From Candidatus Ratteibacteria bacterium (GTDB lineage: Bacteria; Ratteibacteria; UBA8468; B48-G9; JAFGKM01), in contig JBKBIN010000006.1 of the NCBI GenBank assembly GCA_046296715.1, positions 1-64,000 of the forward strand: DNA of 64,000 nucleotides. The letters run 5' to 3'. Positions 31,054 to 40,739 of the stretch are shown in pieces (within the stretch, counting starts at the first letter, position 1; each line of letters begins with the position of its first letter). The position numbers and the translations under genes were made by a program. The notes under the pieces were generated by a model. It saw only the letters and a list, made by a program, of their open reading frames with translations. It was not told where the DNA came from and did no database searches.

Positions 31054-31547
31054 TTTTCCCTCTTTTTTTCAGTAGTTATAAGTTTTCCTTTACCATCTTC
31101 AAAAATTACTCTAACAACTGAGAGAATTATAAATATCATAAATAAAGAAGCACCAACTTTCATCCCTATACTTATGTTACATAGAGGAATAATCCCTGAA
31201 CTGAATAATTTGAAATTACCTGTTGGATGAAGTTTCTCAATAAAGTTTGAAAAGAAAATACCTGTAAAGTAGATACCCAAAGTTGCAATAATTAAAAATA
31301 ATAATGCTCCCAAACTATCAAGTTCAGAAGCAAGAATTTTTCCTATTTTTTTAAGAGAATATTCTTTCCCAAAAGCAAGTGTAAGAAGTATAAAAGTTGC
31401 TGCAAAAACTACTCCTCCTGGAAAACCACCACCTGGACTTAAATGACCAAAAACAACAATATATGCACCAAATAAAAATATAAATCCTTTTAACCATCTT
31501 GTTACTGTCTTAACAATCAAACTCATTCCTTTTTCTTCATTGTTCAT
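31050..31547 (-). CDS. mnhB: Mrp/Mnh antiporter subunit B
   Basis: GHLSPGGGFPGG motif; start MNNEEKGM at 31547. Confidence 0.9.
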   Translation of the reverse strand: MNNEEKGMSLIVKTVTRWLKGFIFLFGAYIVVFGHLSPGGGFPGGVVFAATFILLTLAFGKEYSLKKIGKILASELDSLGALLFLIIATLGIYFTGIFFSNFIEKLHPTGNFKLFSSGIIPLCNISIGMKVGASLFMIFIILSVVRVIFEDGKGKLITTEKKREK

Positions 31548-32091
31548 TTTTCTTCCTTTTTCTTGCATAGACCCTTAAAATTGCAAGTGCTCCAAGAATT
31601 GATGTAAATAAAATTGTTGCTTCTCCTAAGGTATCATATCCTCTATAATCAAGAATTATAGAACTTACTATATTTGCTGCTCCTGTTTCTTTAAGTCCAT
31701 TTAAAAGATATCTATTTGATGGTGCATTTTGATTTAAGGTAAAAGCAGGACTACCAAAAGGAGGCAAATATCTTAATGCTTCCATAGAAAAAATGAAAAA
31801 TACAAAAATAAATGCAAAAGTGGTAATAAGTCCAAAAAAATCTCTCTCCTCTTCTATTGTAGTTAAATCTCTCCTTATAGTTGCTCTTATTAAAATTATT
31901 AAAGATAAAACTTCAACAACCATTTGAGTTATTGCTATATCAGGTGCTCCAAGTAAAAGAAATATAATGCCTGAAAAATAACCAACAGGAACTATTGCTA
32001 TTATTGCTGAAAGTAAATCTTTTGTTTCAAGGCAAATAATACTCCCAATTATCATAAAAGTTAACAAAATTCCAATAATTATTTCAATCAT
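31537..32091 (-). CDS. MrpA C-terminal part (MbhD/E-like) membrane subunit
   Basis: APDIAITQ and NIVSSIILDYRGYDTLGEA motifs. Confidence 0.88.
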   Translation of the reverse strand: MIEIIIGILLTFMIIGSIICLETKDLLSAIIAIVPVGYFSGIIFLLLGAPDIAITQMVVEVLSLIILIRATIRRDLTTIEEERDFFGLITTFAFIFVFFIFSMEALRYLPPFGSPAFTLNQNAPSNRYLLNGLKETGAANIVSSIILDYRGYDTLGEATILFTSILGALAILRVYARKRKKNEQ

Positions 32092-32100
32092 CTTTTTCTC

Positions 32101-33903
32101 CTAAAATTTCATAAATAATATAAATAAAACAATACAACCTAATAAAATCCAAGTCAAATAAGTTGGTAAAACGCCAGTATGTGTTGCTCTTATCCCTTCG
32201 CCAAAATAAAATACTATTCTTTTAAAATCCTCATATAAATCAAATATTTTCTTTCTTGCACCTTCATACATCCTTTCAAAAAATCTTTGCCTTTCAATTG
32301 TCTTATAAAATTCTACTCCACTCATTTCCATTTGTTCAATTTTTTTCTCTCCACCAACAAAAGAAGGAACAATTCTTGCTCTTTTCGTAGAAATTAGAGA
32401 GAAAGAAAAAACTATAAACCCTAAAATTAAAGAAACAAATATTAAAGTTAATGCTGGTAATAAAAAACTATAATTTTTCTCAATATATATACCTGTTGAA
32501 TTTTCAAATATTTTAACAGGAAGAATAAAACCAAAACCTAAAATAATACATAAAAATGAAAGAATAATTACAGGTATTAACATTGAGATATTTGCTTCAT
32601 TGATTTTTTCTTTATATTCCTTTAAATGACCTAAAAATACAGAATGAACAATCTTTAAAAAACTTGCAAGGGTTAAAGCACTTCCTATCATAGCACATAT
32701 AATCCAGATTATCCAAGAAAAATCTCCACTTTTTGCTCCTTCAAATAGCCCTTGATATATTAAATATTTAGAAAAGAAACCATTAAATGGAGGAACACCA
32801 CTTATAGAAAGAGAACCTATTAAAAAAGTAAAGAATGTAATAGGCATAAATCTTCCAATTCCACCAAGTTTTTCAAGTTCTATTTGCCTCGTATTTTTTT
32901 CAATATTTCCTGCTCCAAAAAACAAAAGTGATTTATAAATTGAATTATTTAACATATGGAAAAGACCTCCTATAATTCCTGCAGGATTGGTAGTTGAAAT
33001 ACCCAAAATCATATATCCAACCTGACTTACAGCATGGTAAGAAAGAAGTTTTTTCATATTATGTTGAACTATCGCCATCAAAACAGCAAATAGAATTGTA
33101 AGAGAACCAACTAATCTTAGAATAAACCATAAACCAGAATGAAAATCTGAACTATACTCAAACATATTTAGTAAAATCCTTGAAAATAAATAGATACCAA
33201 GAAGTTTATCAAGAGAAGCAGGAAGATATGCCAAAACTGGAGAAGGAGTATTTTCTGATATTTCAGGGATCCATGTATGTAAAGGCATACAACCTGCTTT
33301 TGCAAGTGATGCACAAATTAAAGAAAAGAAAATTCCAATTTCAAGACCACTTGAAATAAATATATTTGTGTCAGTTATTGTATACTTACCTGTTAAATAG
33401 ATCAAACCACATATTCCAAAAATTAAAAATGAATCACTTCCACCAACTATAATCATTGTTTTTTTAGCAGAATATGCATTTTCATCTCCATAAATATTCA
33501 AAAGTAGATAAAGTGTAATTGCAAGAATACCCCAAAAGACAGAAAAAATGATTAAATTATTTGAAAAAACAGCAATTATTGAAGAAGTTAGTGTCCACAA
33601 AATATAGCAGTAATATCTGTTTGAATTTTCAAAATTTTCAAAATAAGAAAAACTATAAATGAGTGTAAGTAAGGTAAACAAAGAAATGAAAATAGAAATA
33701 AAAATTGAAAACCTGTCTATCAAAAATATATCAGTAATATAGTAAGGAGTTTTCAGAAAAAGTAAAAATGAGAAAGATAAATAAATGGTAGAAACAAGTC
33801 CACTTATTATCTCTTTTAAATATCTAACTTTTGATGGAATAAATCTACATAAAAACCCTGCTACAAAACCCAAAGAAAAGAGATTTATAATAATCCTTTC
33901 CAT
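32101..33903 (-). CDS. NuoL/MrpA/HyfB-like proton-conducting antiporter subunit
   Basis: AKAGCMPLHTWIP, KKLLSYHAVSQVGY, GVPPFNGFFSK; C-terminal HTG..TYL. Confidence 0.88.
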   Translation of the reverse strand: MERIIINLFSLGFVAGFLCRFIPSKVRYLKEIISGLVSTIYLSFSFLLFLKTPYYITDIFLIDRFSIFISIFISLFTLLTLIYSFSYFENFENSNRYYCYILWTLTSSIIAVFSNNLIIFSVFWGILAITLYLLLNIYGDENAYSAKKTMIIVGGSDSFLIFGICGLIYLTGKYTITDTNIFISSGLEIGIFFSLICASLAKAGCMPLHTWIPEISENTPSPVLAYLPASLDKLLGIYLFSRILLNMFEYSSDFHSGLWFILRLVGSLTILFAVLMAIVQHNMKKLLSYHAVSQVGYMILGISTTNPAGIIGGLFHMLNNSIYKSLLFFGAGNIEKNTRQIELEKLGGIGRFMPITFFTFLIGSLSISGVPPFNGFFSKYLIYQGLFEGAKSGDFSWIIWIICAMIGSALTLASFLKIVHSVFLGHLKEYKEKINEANISMLIPVIILSFLCIILGFGFILPVKIFENSTGIYIEKNYSFLLPALTLIFVSLILGFIVFSFSLISTKRARIVPSFVGGEKKIEQMEMSGVEFYKTIERQRFFERMYEGARKKIFDLYEDFKRIVFYFGEGIRATHTGVLPTYLTWILLGCIVLFILFMKF

Positions 33904-35114
33904 AATTTCCCTTCTTTCCCTATTTCTTTCTTAATTTTTTCTGTCTTTTCAATCGATTTTTTAACAAGGTCTTGAAAACTATAAATTTTCTTCTTTTTAT
34001 CATTATCATAAACTGCAATTCGCTCTGTACAGCAATAGCATGGATCAACTCCTGCAAGAATTATACAAACATCTGAAATTGTTTCTCCTATACAACTTGC
34101 TTTAAATGTAGGTATATTTACATAACTTGGTGCTCTTATCTTATGTCTTACTGGACTTGTTGTATTTCCATCGCTTCTAACATAATGAAAGACCTCTCCT
34201 CTTGGTGCTTCATGATGACCTATTCCTTCTCCTTCAGGTATTTCTCTTACTTCTTTCCATATCTCACCTTTTTTATGATAAATTGCATCAAGAGATTGTT
34301 CTATTATTTTGATACTTTCAAAACATTCAAGCAATCTTACAACTGCCTTATCAAAAACATCTCCATTTTCGGTTGTAATTACTTTCCATTCACAAAGATT
34401 ATAAGCAGCATAAGGGTCGTCTCTCCTTACATCTATATCAACACCACTTGCTCTTGCAACAGGTCCAACAGCACCATAATTCTTTATGTCTTCTTTTGTT
34501 AATACACCAACTCCTTTTAATCTTACAGATAAAACTGGGTCATCTAAAACTGCTTCTGTCAACATTTTTATCTTATCCTTTACTTCTGAAAGTGTCTTTT
34601 TTAAAATAGGTATATCATCATCCTCAATATCTCTTCTTACTCCTCCTATTCTTAACATAGCGTAATGGTTCCTGTTTCCAGTAATCATCTCAAACATATC
34701 AAGAATTGGCTCCCTATATTTCCAAGCCCACATAAAAACAGTATTATAACCAAGGAAATGACCTGCAAGACCTACCCAAAGTAAATGGCTATGCAATCTC
34801 TCAAGTTCTCCAATTATACTTCTTATATACTTTGCTCTTTCAGGTATTTCAATTTTACATAAATCTTCAACAGCATTACAATAAGCAATTGGATGAGAAG
34901 TTGAACATATACCACATATTCTTTCAACAAGAAATGTCACTTGATCATAATGCTTTGATTCTGAAAGTTTTTCAATTCCTCTATGGTTATAACCAGCAAT
35001 CCATTCAACATCAACAACCTCTTCACCATCACAATAAAGTTGAAAATATTCTGGTTCTTCTAAAAGTGGATGATATGGACCTATAGGAACAATTACTTTT
35101 TTATTCTCTGCCAT
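33885..35114 (-). CDS. Group 4 [NiFe]-hydrogenase large (catalytic) subunit
   Basis: GPYHP, HRGIEK, ERICGIC (L1), EAPRGE and DPCYCCTER (L2) followed by a C-terminal extension. Confidence 0.93.
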   Translation of the reverse strand: MAENKKVIVPIGPYHPLLEEPEYFQLYCDGEEVVDVEWIAGYNHRGIEKLSESKHYDQVTFLVERICGICSTSHPIAYCNAVEDLCKIEIPERAKYIRSIIGELERLHSHLLWVGLAGHFLGYNTVFMWAWKYREPILDMFEMITGNRNHYAMLRIGGVRRDIEDDDIPILKKTLSEVKDKIKMLTEAVLDDPVLSVRLKGVGVLTKEDIKNYGAVGPVARASGVDIDVRRDDPYAAYNLCEWKVITTENGDVFDKAVVRLLECFESIKIIEQSLDAIYHKKGEIWKEVREIPEGEGIGHHEAPRGEVFHYVRSDGNTTSPVRHKIRAPSYVNIPTFKASCIGETISDVCIILAGVDPCYCCTERIAVYDNDKKKKIYSFQDLVKKSIEKTEKIKKEIGKEGKLWKGLL

Positions 35115-35544
35115 CTTTCTTTACTCCTTTCCTTAATGGATATAACCCTTCCTGCCAGTCCTCCCTTAATAGAAAATGTTTTAAATTAGGATGCCCAATA
35201 AAATTTATTCCAAATAATTCCCATACTTCTCTTTCAATATATGATATTCCTGGGATAATTGATGTCAAACTTTCAATTTCTACCTTTTCTTTTTCTAAAA
35301 ATGTCCTTAATGAAACAATAACTCCTCCTTCTTTATCAAAAGAAAAATGGTATAAGAGTTCAAAATTATCAAAATTCTCAATACCTGAAACAATCTGATA
35401 TCTTGCTCCAAGTTCATTAAAAATTATGTTTACCGCTTCTTTTAAGTCATTCTTATCAATAGTTATATAAATCCTTCTTTCATTTGGAATATCTATCTTT
35501 CTTATTAAATTTCCAAGTCTTTCTTTTACCTTTTCTATTATCAT
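35101..35544 (-). CDS. NuoC/MbhK-like subunit
   Basis: ELLYHF, EREVWELFGINFIGHPNL and YPLRK motifs. Confidence 0.9.
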   Translation of the reverse strand: MIIEKVKERLGNLIRKIDIPNERRIYITIDKNDLKEAVNIIFNELGARYQIVSGIENFDNFELLYHFSFDKEGGVIVSLRTFLEKEKVEIESLTSIIPGISYIEREVWELFGINFIGHPNLKHFLLREDWQEGLYPLRKGVKKDGRE

Positions 35545-36710
35545 TTTTTTTCTCCAATTATTTTAATATCTGTTTCACCAATAAAATTTTGTCCATCTTT
35601 CATATTACCTATTATACAAATTTTGTAACTTTTGTCTACCTCTATAAAAGAAATATTATTTTTTAATGTCTCTATTGCTTTAAATTTGTTGAACTTTACT
35701 TTCAATACCTTCTCTTTAAATCCAGAATGACTATTAAGTATTTGCACTTGTTTTTCCGGAGATAAAGTATATGTAAACCCCACTGGATCTTTAACTGTCA
35801 ACTTGATACTACCTATATCTATTTGTTCTACACTATATCCTTCCACATCTATACTTCGGTCTCCTTCTATCCCTCCTATGTAACAATTTATATATCCTTC
35901 TCCTTTTTTATCTTCCAACCACTCTATATTCCACTTATCTGGATCAAATTTTACTGGAACTATTGGCTTTACAAAATTTTCAAATTTAATTAATTGTCTT
36001 TCACCTGTCCCATCTGAATTCATTATCCATAAACTATTTAATCTTGTAAAAGCAATCTTTGTTCCATCTGGTGAATATACTGGATAATCACCATAAGGAT
36101 TTAAACATCTTAATCCTGTTCCATCTATATTAACTTCCCAGATTCCATTTGTGTTATCTCTATTGGAATGAAAAATAATTTTATTTCCAAAGGGATACCA
36201 ATTTGGTTCCGAATCTTGATGGTCTCCAAAAGTAATTTGTTTTCTTCCAGTACCATCTTTATTTTTAATGTATATATTAAATACTGGAAATGAAGCATTA
36301 GGTGGTCGACTAATAAATACTGATTTTTTGCCATCTGGTGAGTATCTTTCAACCGTTGAATACCAGGAAGGCCACTTATCTAATTTTTCCTGAGCAGTTC
36401 CATCAATATTCATTCTCATCACTATACCTTCCAATTCATAAACAATTTTAGAACCATCGGGCGAAAACTGAGGATTCCTTATCACTCCACCTTCTATATT
36501 TTTTGTTAATCTTTTTAATCCTGTACCATCAACCTTTATTTCCCATATATCTACATTTTCATAAGCAACATCACAAGTAAAAATAATCTTTCTTCCGTCT
36601 GGTGAAAAACAAGGTTGCATCACCAACACTCCTTCTTCCTCCTCAGTATGCCAACTATTACTTAAAAAGGGAGAAAGAAATAAAAAAATCAAAAATAATT
36701 TGTGTTTCAT
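35541..36710 (-). CDS. Exported TolB-like (PD40 repeat) beta-propeller protein with C-terminal beta domain
   Basis: Signal peptide; repeated P.(F/Y)SPDG.KI.F and DGTG.(K/R).LT units. Confidence 0.85.
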   Translation of the reverse strand: MKHKLFLIFLFLSPFLSNSWHTEEEEGVLVMQPCFSPDGRKIIFTCDVAYENVDIWEIKVDGTGLKRLTKNIEGGVIRNPQFSPDGSKIVYELEGIVMRMNIDGTAQEKLDKWPSWYSTVERYSPDGKKSVFISRPPNASFPVFNIYIKNKDGTGRKQITFGDHQDSEPNWYPFGNKIIFHSNRDNTNGIWEVNIDGTGLRCLNPYGDYPVYSPDGTKIAFTRLNSLWIMNSDGTGERQLIKFENFVKPIVPVKFDPDKWNIEWLEDKKGEGYINCYIGGIEGDRSIDVEGYSVEQIDIGSIKLTVKDPVGFTYTLSPEKQVQILNSHSGFKEKVLKVKFNKFKAIETLKNNISFIEVDKSYKICIIGNMKDGQNFIGETDIKIIGEKK

Positions 36711-38069
36711 TGCGTTCCCTCTATAAATTTGAAGTAGTTTGTTATTCCTTTATATATTGCTTCTGGTATTTTGTTTCTGTATTCTTCAAAATGAAGATAT
36801 TGTTCATCAGTTATTACATCGGAAATAGTATTACTTAAAAACGCTGTTTCAATAATTATTGCTGGCATTTCTGTTTTTTTTATAACCGCTTTCTTTGATG
36901 CTACAACACCAATTCCATGTTTTGGCAGTCCTGCTATAGAATTAATTTGTGATAAAATGCTATTACCAAGTAATAAACTTTTTTCTTTTTTATCCATTTT
37001 ATTTATATCTGTTCCTAAATAATAAATAATTATAATATAAAAATTCCGTTCCGCTTACCTCTCGCCTTTCACAACTATTACAATGTATAGAAACAAAAAT
37101 CATTCTTTTTCGCGCTTCTTTTTTTGCTATTTCTTCATCGTTAAATACGGATTTTAATTTTTCTACAAGACAATGAAATTCAAAATTCGCCATTTTCCAT
37201 CTTGCATTAACACATTCCTTATTATGGGTTCTTGGCTCATCAGGAGTAGGTGGATTCTCAATCCCAATAGAAGAATCTGGAAGAATATCCCATTCTGTTT
37301 TTCTTGTCATATAAGTTTTATAAGAGCTTTCAGTAAGTAGGAAAGTATCTGTTTTAACTGCCATCTCCAAATTCAAATTATCTTCTTTATCTCCATATGT
37401 AGGTCCTACTGCTCCCCTATAATAAATACTTCCATAATATTTATATTTTCCGTGCCCAGGATCTATTATTACATATTTTTTTGCTACATATCTAATAACA
37501 AGTTTATAAATGATACCTGCTGGATTTACATATGGTCCAGCTTCTGGAAACCAGTATCTATTTCTACCCCATAATTTAATCACATTATCACCAGTCTTTA
37601 AAACATCTTTTACATCAATAATTGTTACTTGTGTATATTCCCAAGGACTTGTATTCCCTACATAAGTGTCATTTATCCATACATCACACTCATTATCTGA
37701 TGCAACATATAACATCGCTTTTGTTATATCACCAGGTATTTTAAATTCCTTTACAATCGTACATTCCTCTGTCTGACTTCCTACTAAACAACTTCTCCAT
37801 ATCCATTTTGCAGATGGTATTCTTACCCAAGAAGGATGAACCCAACAAGAAACAGCATAATTATTCGTCTCCAAACACCAATTCTTCTCATCACTTATTA
37901 CTATAGTCTCTACCTCAATTCCATCTTCTGGATTCGTCAAAGTCACAAAGTAGTTCTCAATTAAAATAGATGTCTCTTTCACAGTTTCTTCTTCTAAACT
38001 AAAAAGGCGAACGATAAATAAAAAGTTAAAAAATAAACTCAAAATAGATATTAAATAAATTCTTCTCAT
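36707..38069 (-). pseudogene. Frameshifted N-acetylmuramoyl-L-alanine amidase (Amidase_3) with N-terminal jelly-roll/lectin-like domain
   Basis: IDPGHG, KEDNLN and FVSIHCNS in 36999-38069; PAIIIETAFLSN in 36707-36997; the two frames join if one copy of tandem TAAATAA (37016-37029) is removed. Confidence 0.85.
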
Positions 38070-38070
38070 T

Positions 38071-38487
38071 TCATTTCAACTCCTTTAAAAACTTAACAAT
38101 ACCTGCTATTATACTTTCTGGTTTTGGTGGACATCCTGGAATATATACATCAACTGGAATAATTTTGTTTAAAGGTCCTGCCATTTGATAGCCATCTCTG
38201 AAAATTCCACCTGAACATGCACAGGCACCAATAGCAACAACTACACATGGTTTAGGTGTCTGCTCATATACTTCTTTTATTCTTTCGACACATTTTTTAT
38301 TAACAATTCCTGTGCATAATAAGACATCTGCATGTCTTGGACTTGCTGCAAGTATTATACCAAATCTTTCAACATCAAACCTTGGAGTTAAAAGGTCCAA
38401 AATTTCTATATCACAATTGTTACAACTTCCAGCACTTAGATGGTATACCCATAAACTTTTTTTAAGTGCCTTTAATTTTAAGTTCAT
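38071..38487 (-). CDS. Group 4 hydrogenase small subunit (NuoB-like)
   Basis: GSCNNCDIE, SPRHAD, GACACSGG and VDVYIPGCPP motifs. Confidence 0.93.
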   Translation of the reverse strand: MNLKLKALKKSLWVYHLSAGSCNNCDIEILDLLTPRFDVERFGIILAASPRHADVLLCTGIVNKKCVERIKEVYEQTPKPCVVVAIGACACSGGIFRDGYQMAGPLNKIIPVDVYIPGCPPKPESIIAGIVKFLKELK

Positions 38488-38488
38488 C

Positions 38489-39418
38489 TTAAACTCCTGA
38501 TAAAGTAAGTAAAATCCCTAATATACCTATCAAAGTTAACCATCCCCAGAAAAATCTTAATGTCTGGTCTATTCTCAATCTTGGATTTGTATTTCTTATT
38601 AAAGTTATAAGAATAACTACTATCAAATATTTAATCAGAAAAATTAAAAAACCACCAAAACTATTTATTGCACTTCCTCCAAGGTAGAGAATAACTACAA
38701 AAATAGGAACAACAACAAATAAAATTGCTTTTGTTAATTTATAAAATCCAAGTAATATTCCTGAATACTCAATTAATGAACCACCTGCAATCTCTGTTTC
38801 TGCTTCTGCAAGGTCAAAAGGTACAAAACCAAGCTTTCCAATAGAAGAAATTAAAATTATTATAAAACCAATAATTCCAGATAAAGAAAGGATATTACTT
38901 CCATTTATTTCTTGATATTTTAAAATTTCAATTAATGAAGTTGTAGAACCAGATTTTATTGCAGGTATTATTATTCCACAAATAAAAGGTAGTTCATAAG
39001 ATAAAAGTAATTTTAATTCTCTACTTATTCCAACTGAAGCAAGAACATTACCTGAGGAACTACCACCAAGGATTATAGCAAGAGATGGAATAATAAGTAA
39101 GTATACAAGAAGAATTAAATCACCACCAAATCCAAAATTTCTCTTTAAAACAAAAAATATTATTGTTCCACATATAGTTGCTGACACAAGACCTAAAATT
39201 GGAGAGAATAAAAACATAAATTTATTACCATTTTCAGGTATTAAAACTTCTTTCCCTGAAAGTTTTATAATATCTGCAAAGTTTTGATACCAAGGAGGCC
39301 CAACTCTCCATTGAATTCTTGCAGTCAATTTTCTATCTATCCATAAAACAAAAAGTCCTATTATACTTAAAACCACAAAAGATAAAATAAAATATGCGAA
39401 ATTATAAATTAAAATCAT
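38489..39418 (-). CDS. NuoH/MbhM-like membrane subunit
   Basis: DRKLTARIQWRVGPP, PFDLAEAETEIAGG..EYSG and PRLRIDQ motifs. Confidence 0.93.
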   Translation of the reverse strand: MILIYNFAYFILSFVVLSIIGLFVLWIDRKLTARIQWRVGPPWYQNFADIIKLSGKEVLIPENGNKFMFLFSPILGLVSATICGTIIFFVLKRNFGFGGDLILLVYLLIIPSLAIILGGSSSGNVLASVGISRELKLLLSYELPFICGIIIPAIKSGSTTSLIEILKYQEINGSNILSLSGIIGFIIILISSIGKLGFVPFDLAEAETEIAGGSLIEYSGILLGFYKLTKAILFVVVPIFVVILYLGGSAINSFGGFLIFLIKYLIVVILITLIRNTNPRLRIDQTLRFFWGWLTLIGILGILLTLSGV

Positions 39419-39906
39419 TTTTTCAACCCATAACTTTCAATATAACTGTAACACTTTACAATTAAATTTTCTCCAATTCTATAAAGATTTTCTTTATCTT
39501 CTATTTCGCTTTCCTCAACAAATTTTATTGCGTCACATTTTGCTGTTTCTATACATAAAGGGACTTCATCTTCTTTTAATCTTCCTATACACAAATCACA
39601 CTTTCCTGTAATATATGGAATAATATCTGGTAAAATTGTTCCGAATGGACAGGCAAGCATACAACTTTTACAAGAGATGCATAAAAACCTACTTCTTTTA
39701 TTTATATTATTTTCTCTTTTAAGTGCTTCTGTTGGACAGGAATTTATACATGGATGGTCTTCACATCTTCTACAAGCAAGTAAAAAAGCAATCTCTTCTC
39801 TTAAACTTGCCATACCATCATTTTCAGGATGCAAAAAATATGAACATTTAACATCACAATTCTTGCAACTTAAACACTTGTCATAATCAATAAATAACTT
39901 TTTCAT
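39415..39906 (-). CDS. Multi-[4Fe-4S] electron-transfer protein (HycB/CooF-like)
   Basis: CLSCKNC, CRRCEDHPCINSCP, CISCKSCMLACPFG and KCDLC motifs. Confidence 0.87.
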   Translation of the reverse strand: MKKLFIDYDKCLSCKNCDVKCSYFLHPENDGMASLREEIAFLLACRRCEDHPCINSCPTEALKRENNINKRSRFLCISCKSCMLACPFGTILPDIIPYITGKCDLCIGRLKEDEVPLCIETAKCDAIKFVEESEIEDKENLYRIGENLIVKCYSYIESYGLKK

Positions 39907-39907
39907 T

Positions 39908-40738
39908 TTAAACCCATATATTAGGTTTATCCTTTAATTCTTCATATGTAAAAACAGGCCCATCTTTACAGACAAAAAGTTCTCCTATCATACAATGTCT
40001 ACAATGTCCAACTCCACAGTACATCTTCCTTTCCATTGATAGATAAATATTTTCTGGCGTAAATCCAATTTCTAAAAGTTTTAAAGTTGTAAATTTCATC
40101 ATTATAGGAGGTCCACAAACTATAGCAACTGAATTTTTTATATCCATATCAAGGTTATTTAGTGTTACAGTTACAACTCCTTCCATATATTTCCAATTTT
40201 CATCTTTTCTATCAACAGTAATTCTAAAATAAAGTGGTATTTTTTCACATAATTTTTGCCATTTATCAAAAATCAAATCCTTATATATATAATCCTGTGG
40301 GGTTCTTGCTCCACAGCAAAAAATAATCTTTTTATAATTTGTATATGTCTCAACAAGAGCAAGAAATAATGCCCTTATAGGCGCAAGCCCTACTCCTCCA
40401 CCAACAAGTAAAACTTCTTTATCTTTAAACTTTTCAAGAGGATATGGCTTACCATAAGGACCTCTTACACCAACTATATCTCCTCTTTTTAACTGGTGTA
40501 TTTTTTCAGTTACTCTTCCTGTTTTCATAACTGTAAATTCAATTTTTTCTTTATCAAATGGCGATGAAGAAGGAGTAAAAGGTGCCTCTCCAATTCCTGG
40601 AACTGTTAAAGAAGCAAATTGACCCGCAAGAAATGAGAATTCTTCATATGGTTTTAAAATAATTGTATTTATTGTAGGTGATTCTTTTATATTGTCTAAA
40701 ACTTCACATTTTATCGGTTTGTATATATTTTCAGCCAT
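39908..40738 (-). CDS. FAD/NAD(P)-binding [2Fe-2S] reductase (AsrB / sulfhydrogenase gamma / PyrK-like)
   Basis: GQF..GEAP, RGPYG, GGGVGLAP, CGPPIMM and ERKMYCGVGHCRHC....VCKDGPVF motifs. Confidence 0.92.
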   Translation of the reverse strand: MAENIYKPIKCEVLDNIKESPTINTIILKPYEEFSFLAGQFASLTVPGIGEAPFTPSSSPFDKEKIEFTVMKTGRVTEKIHQLKRGDIVGVRGPYGKPYPLEKFKDKEVLLVGGGVGLAPIRALFLALVETYTNYKKIIFCCGARTPQDYIYKDLIFDKWQKLCEKIPLYFRITVDRKDENWKYMEGVVTVTLNNLDMDIKNSVAIVCGPPIMMKFTTLKLLEIGFTPENIYLSMERKMYCGVGHCRHCMIGELFVCKDGPVFTYEELKDKPNIWV

Positions 40739-40739
40739 T

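Noticed and set aside
33885..35114. Possibility that the complex is a non-hydrogenase Mbx/Ehr/complex I-like enzyme or a selenocysteine enzyme
   Set aside because: Both Ni-ligating CxxC motifs (CGIC, CYCC) are intact cysteines with no in-frame TGA
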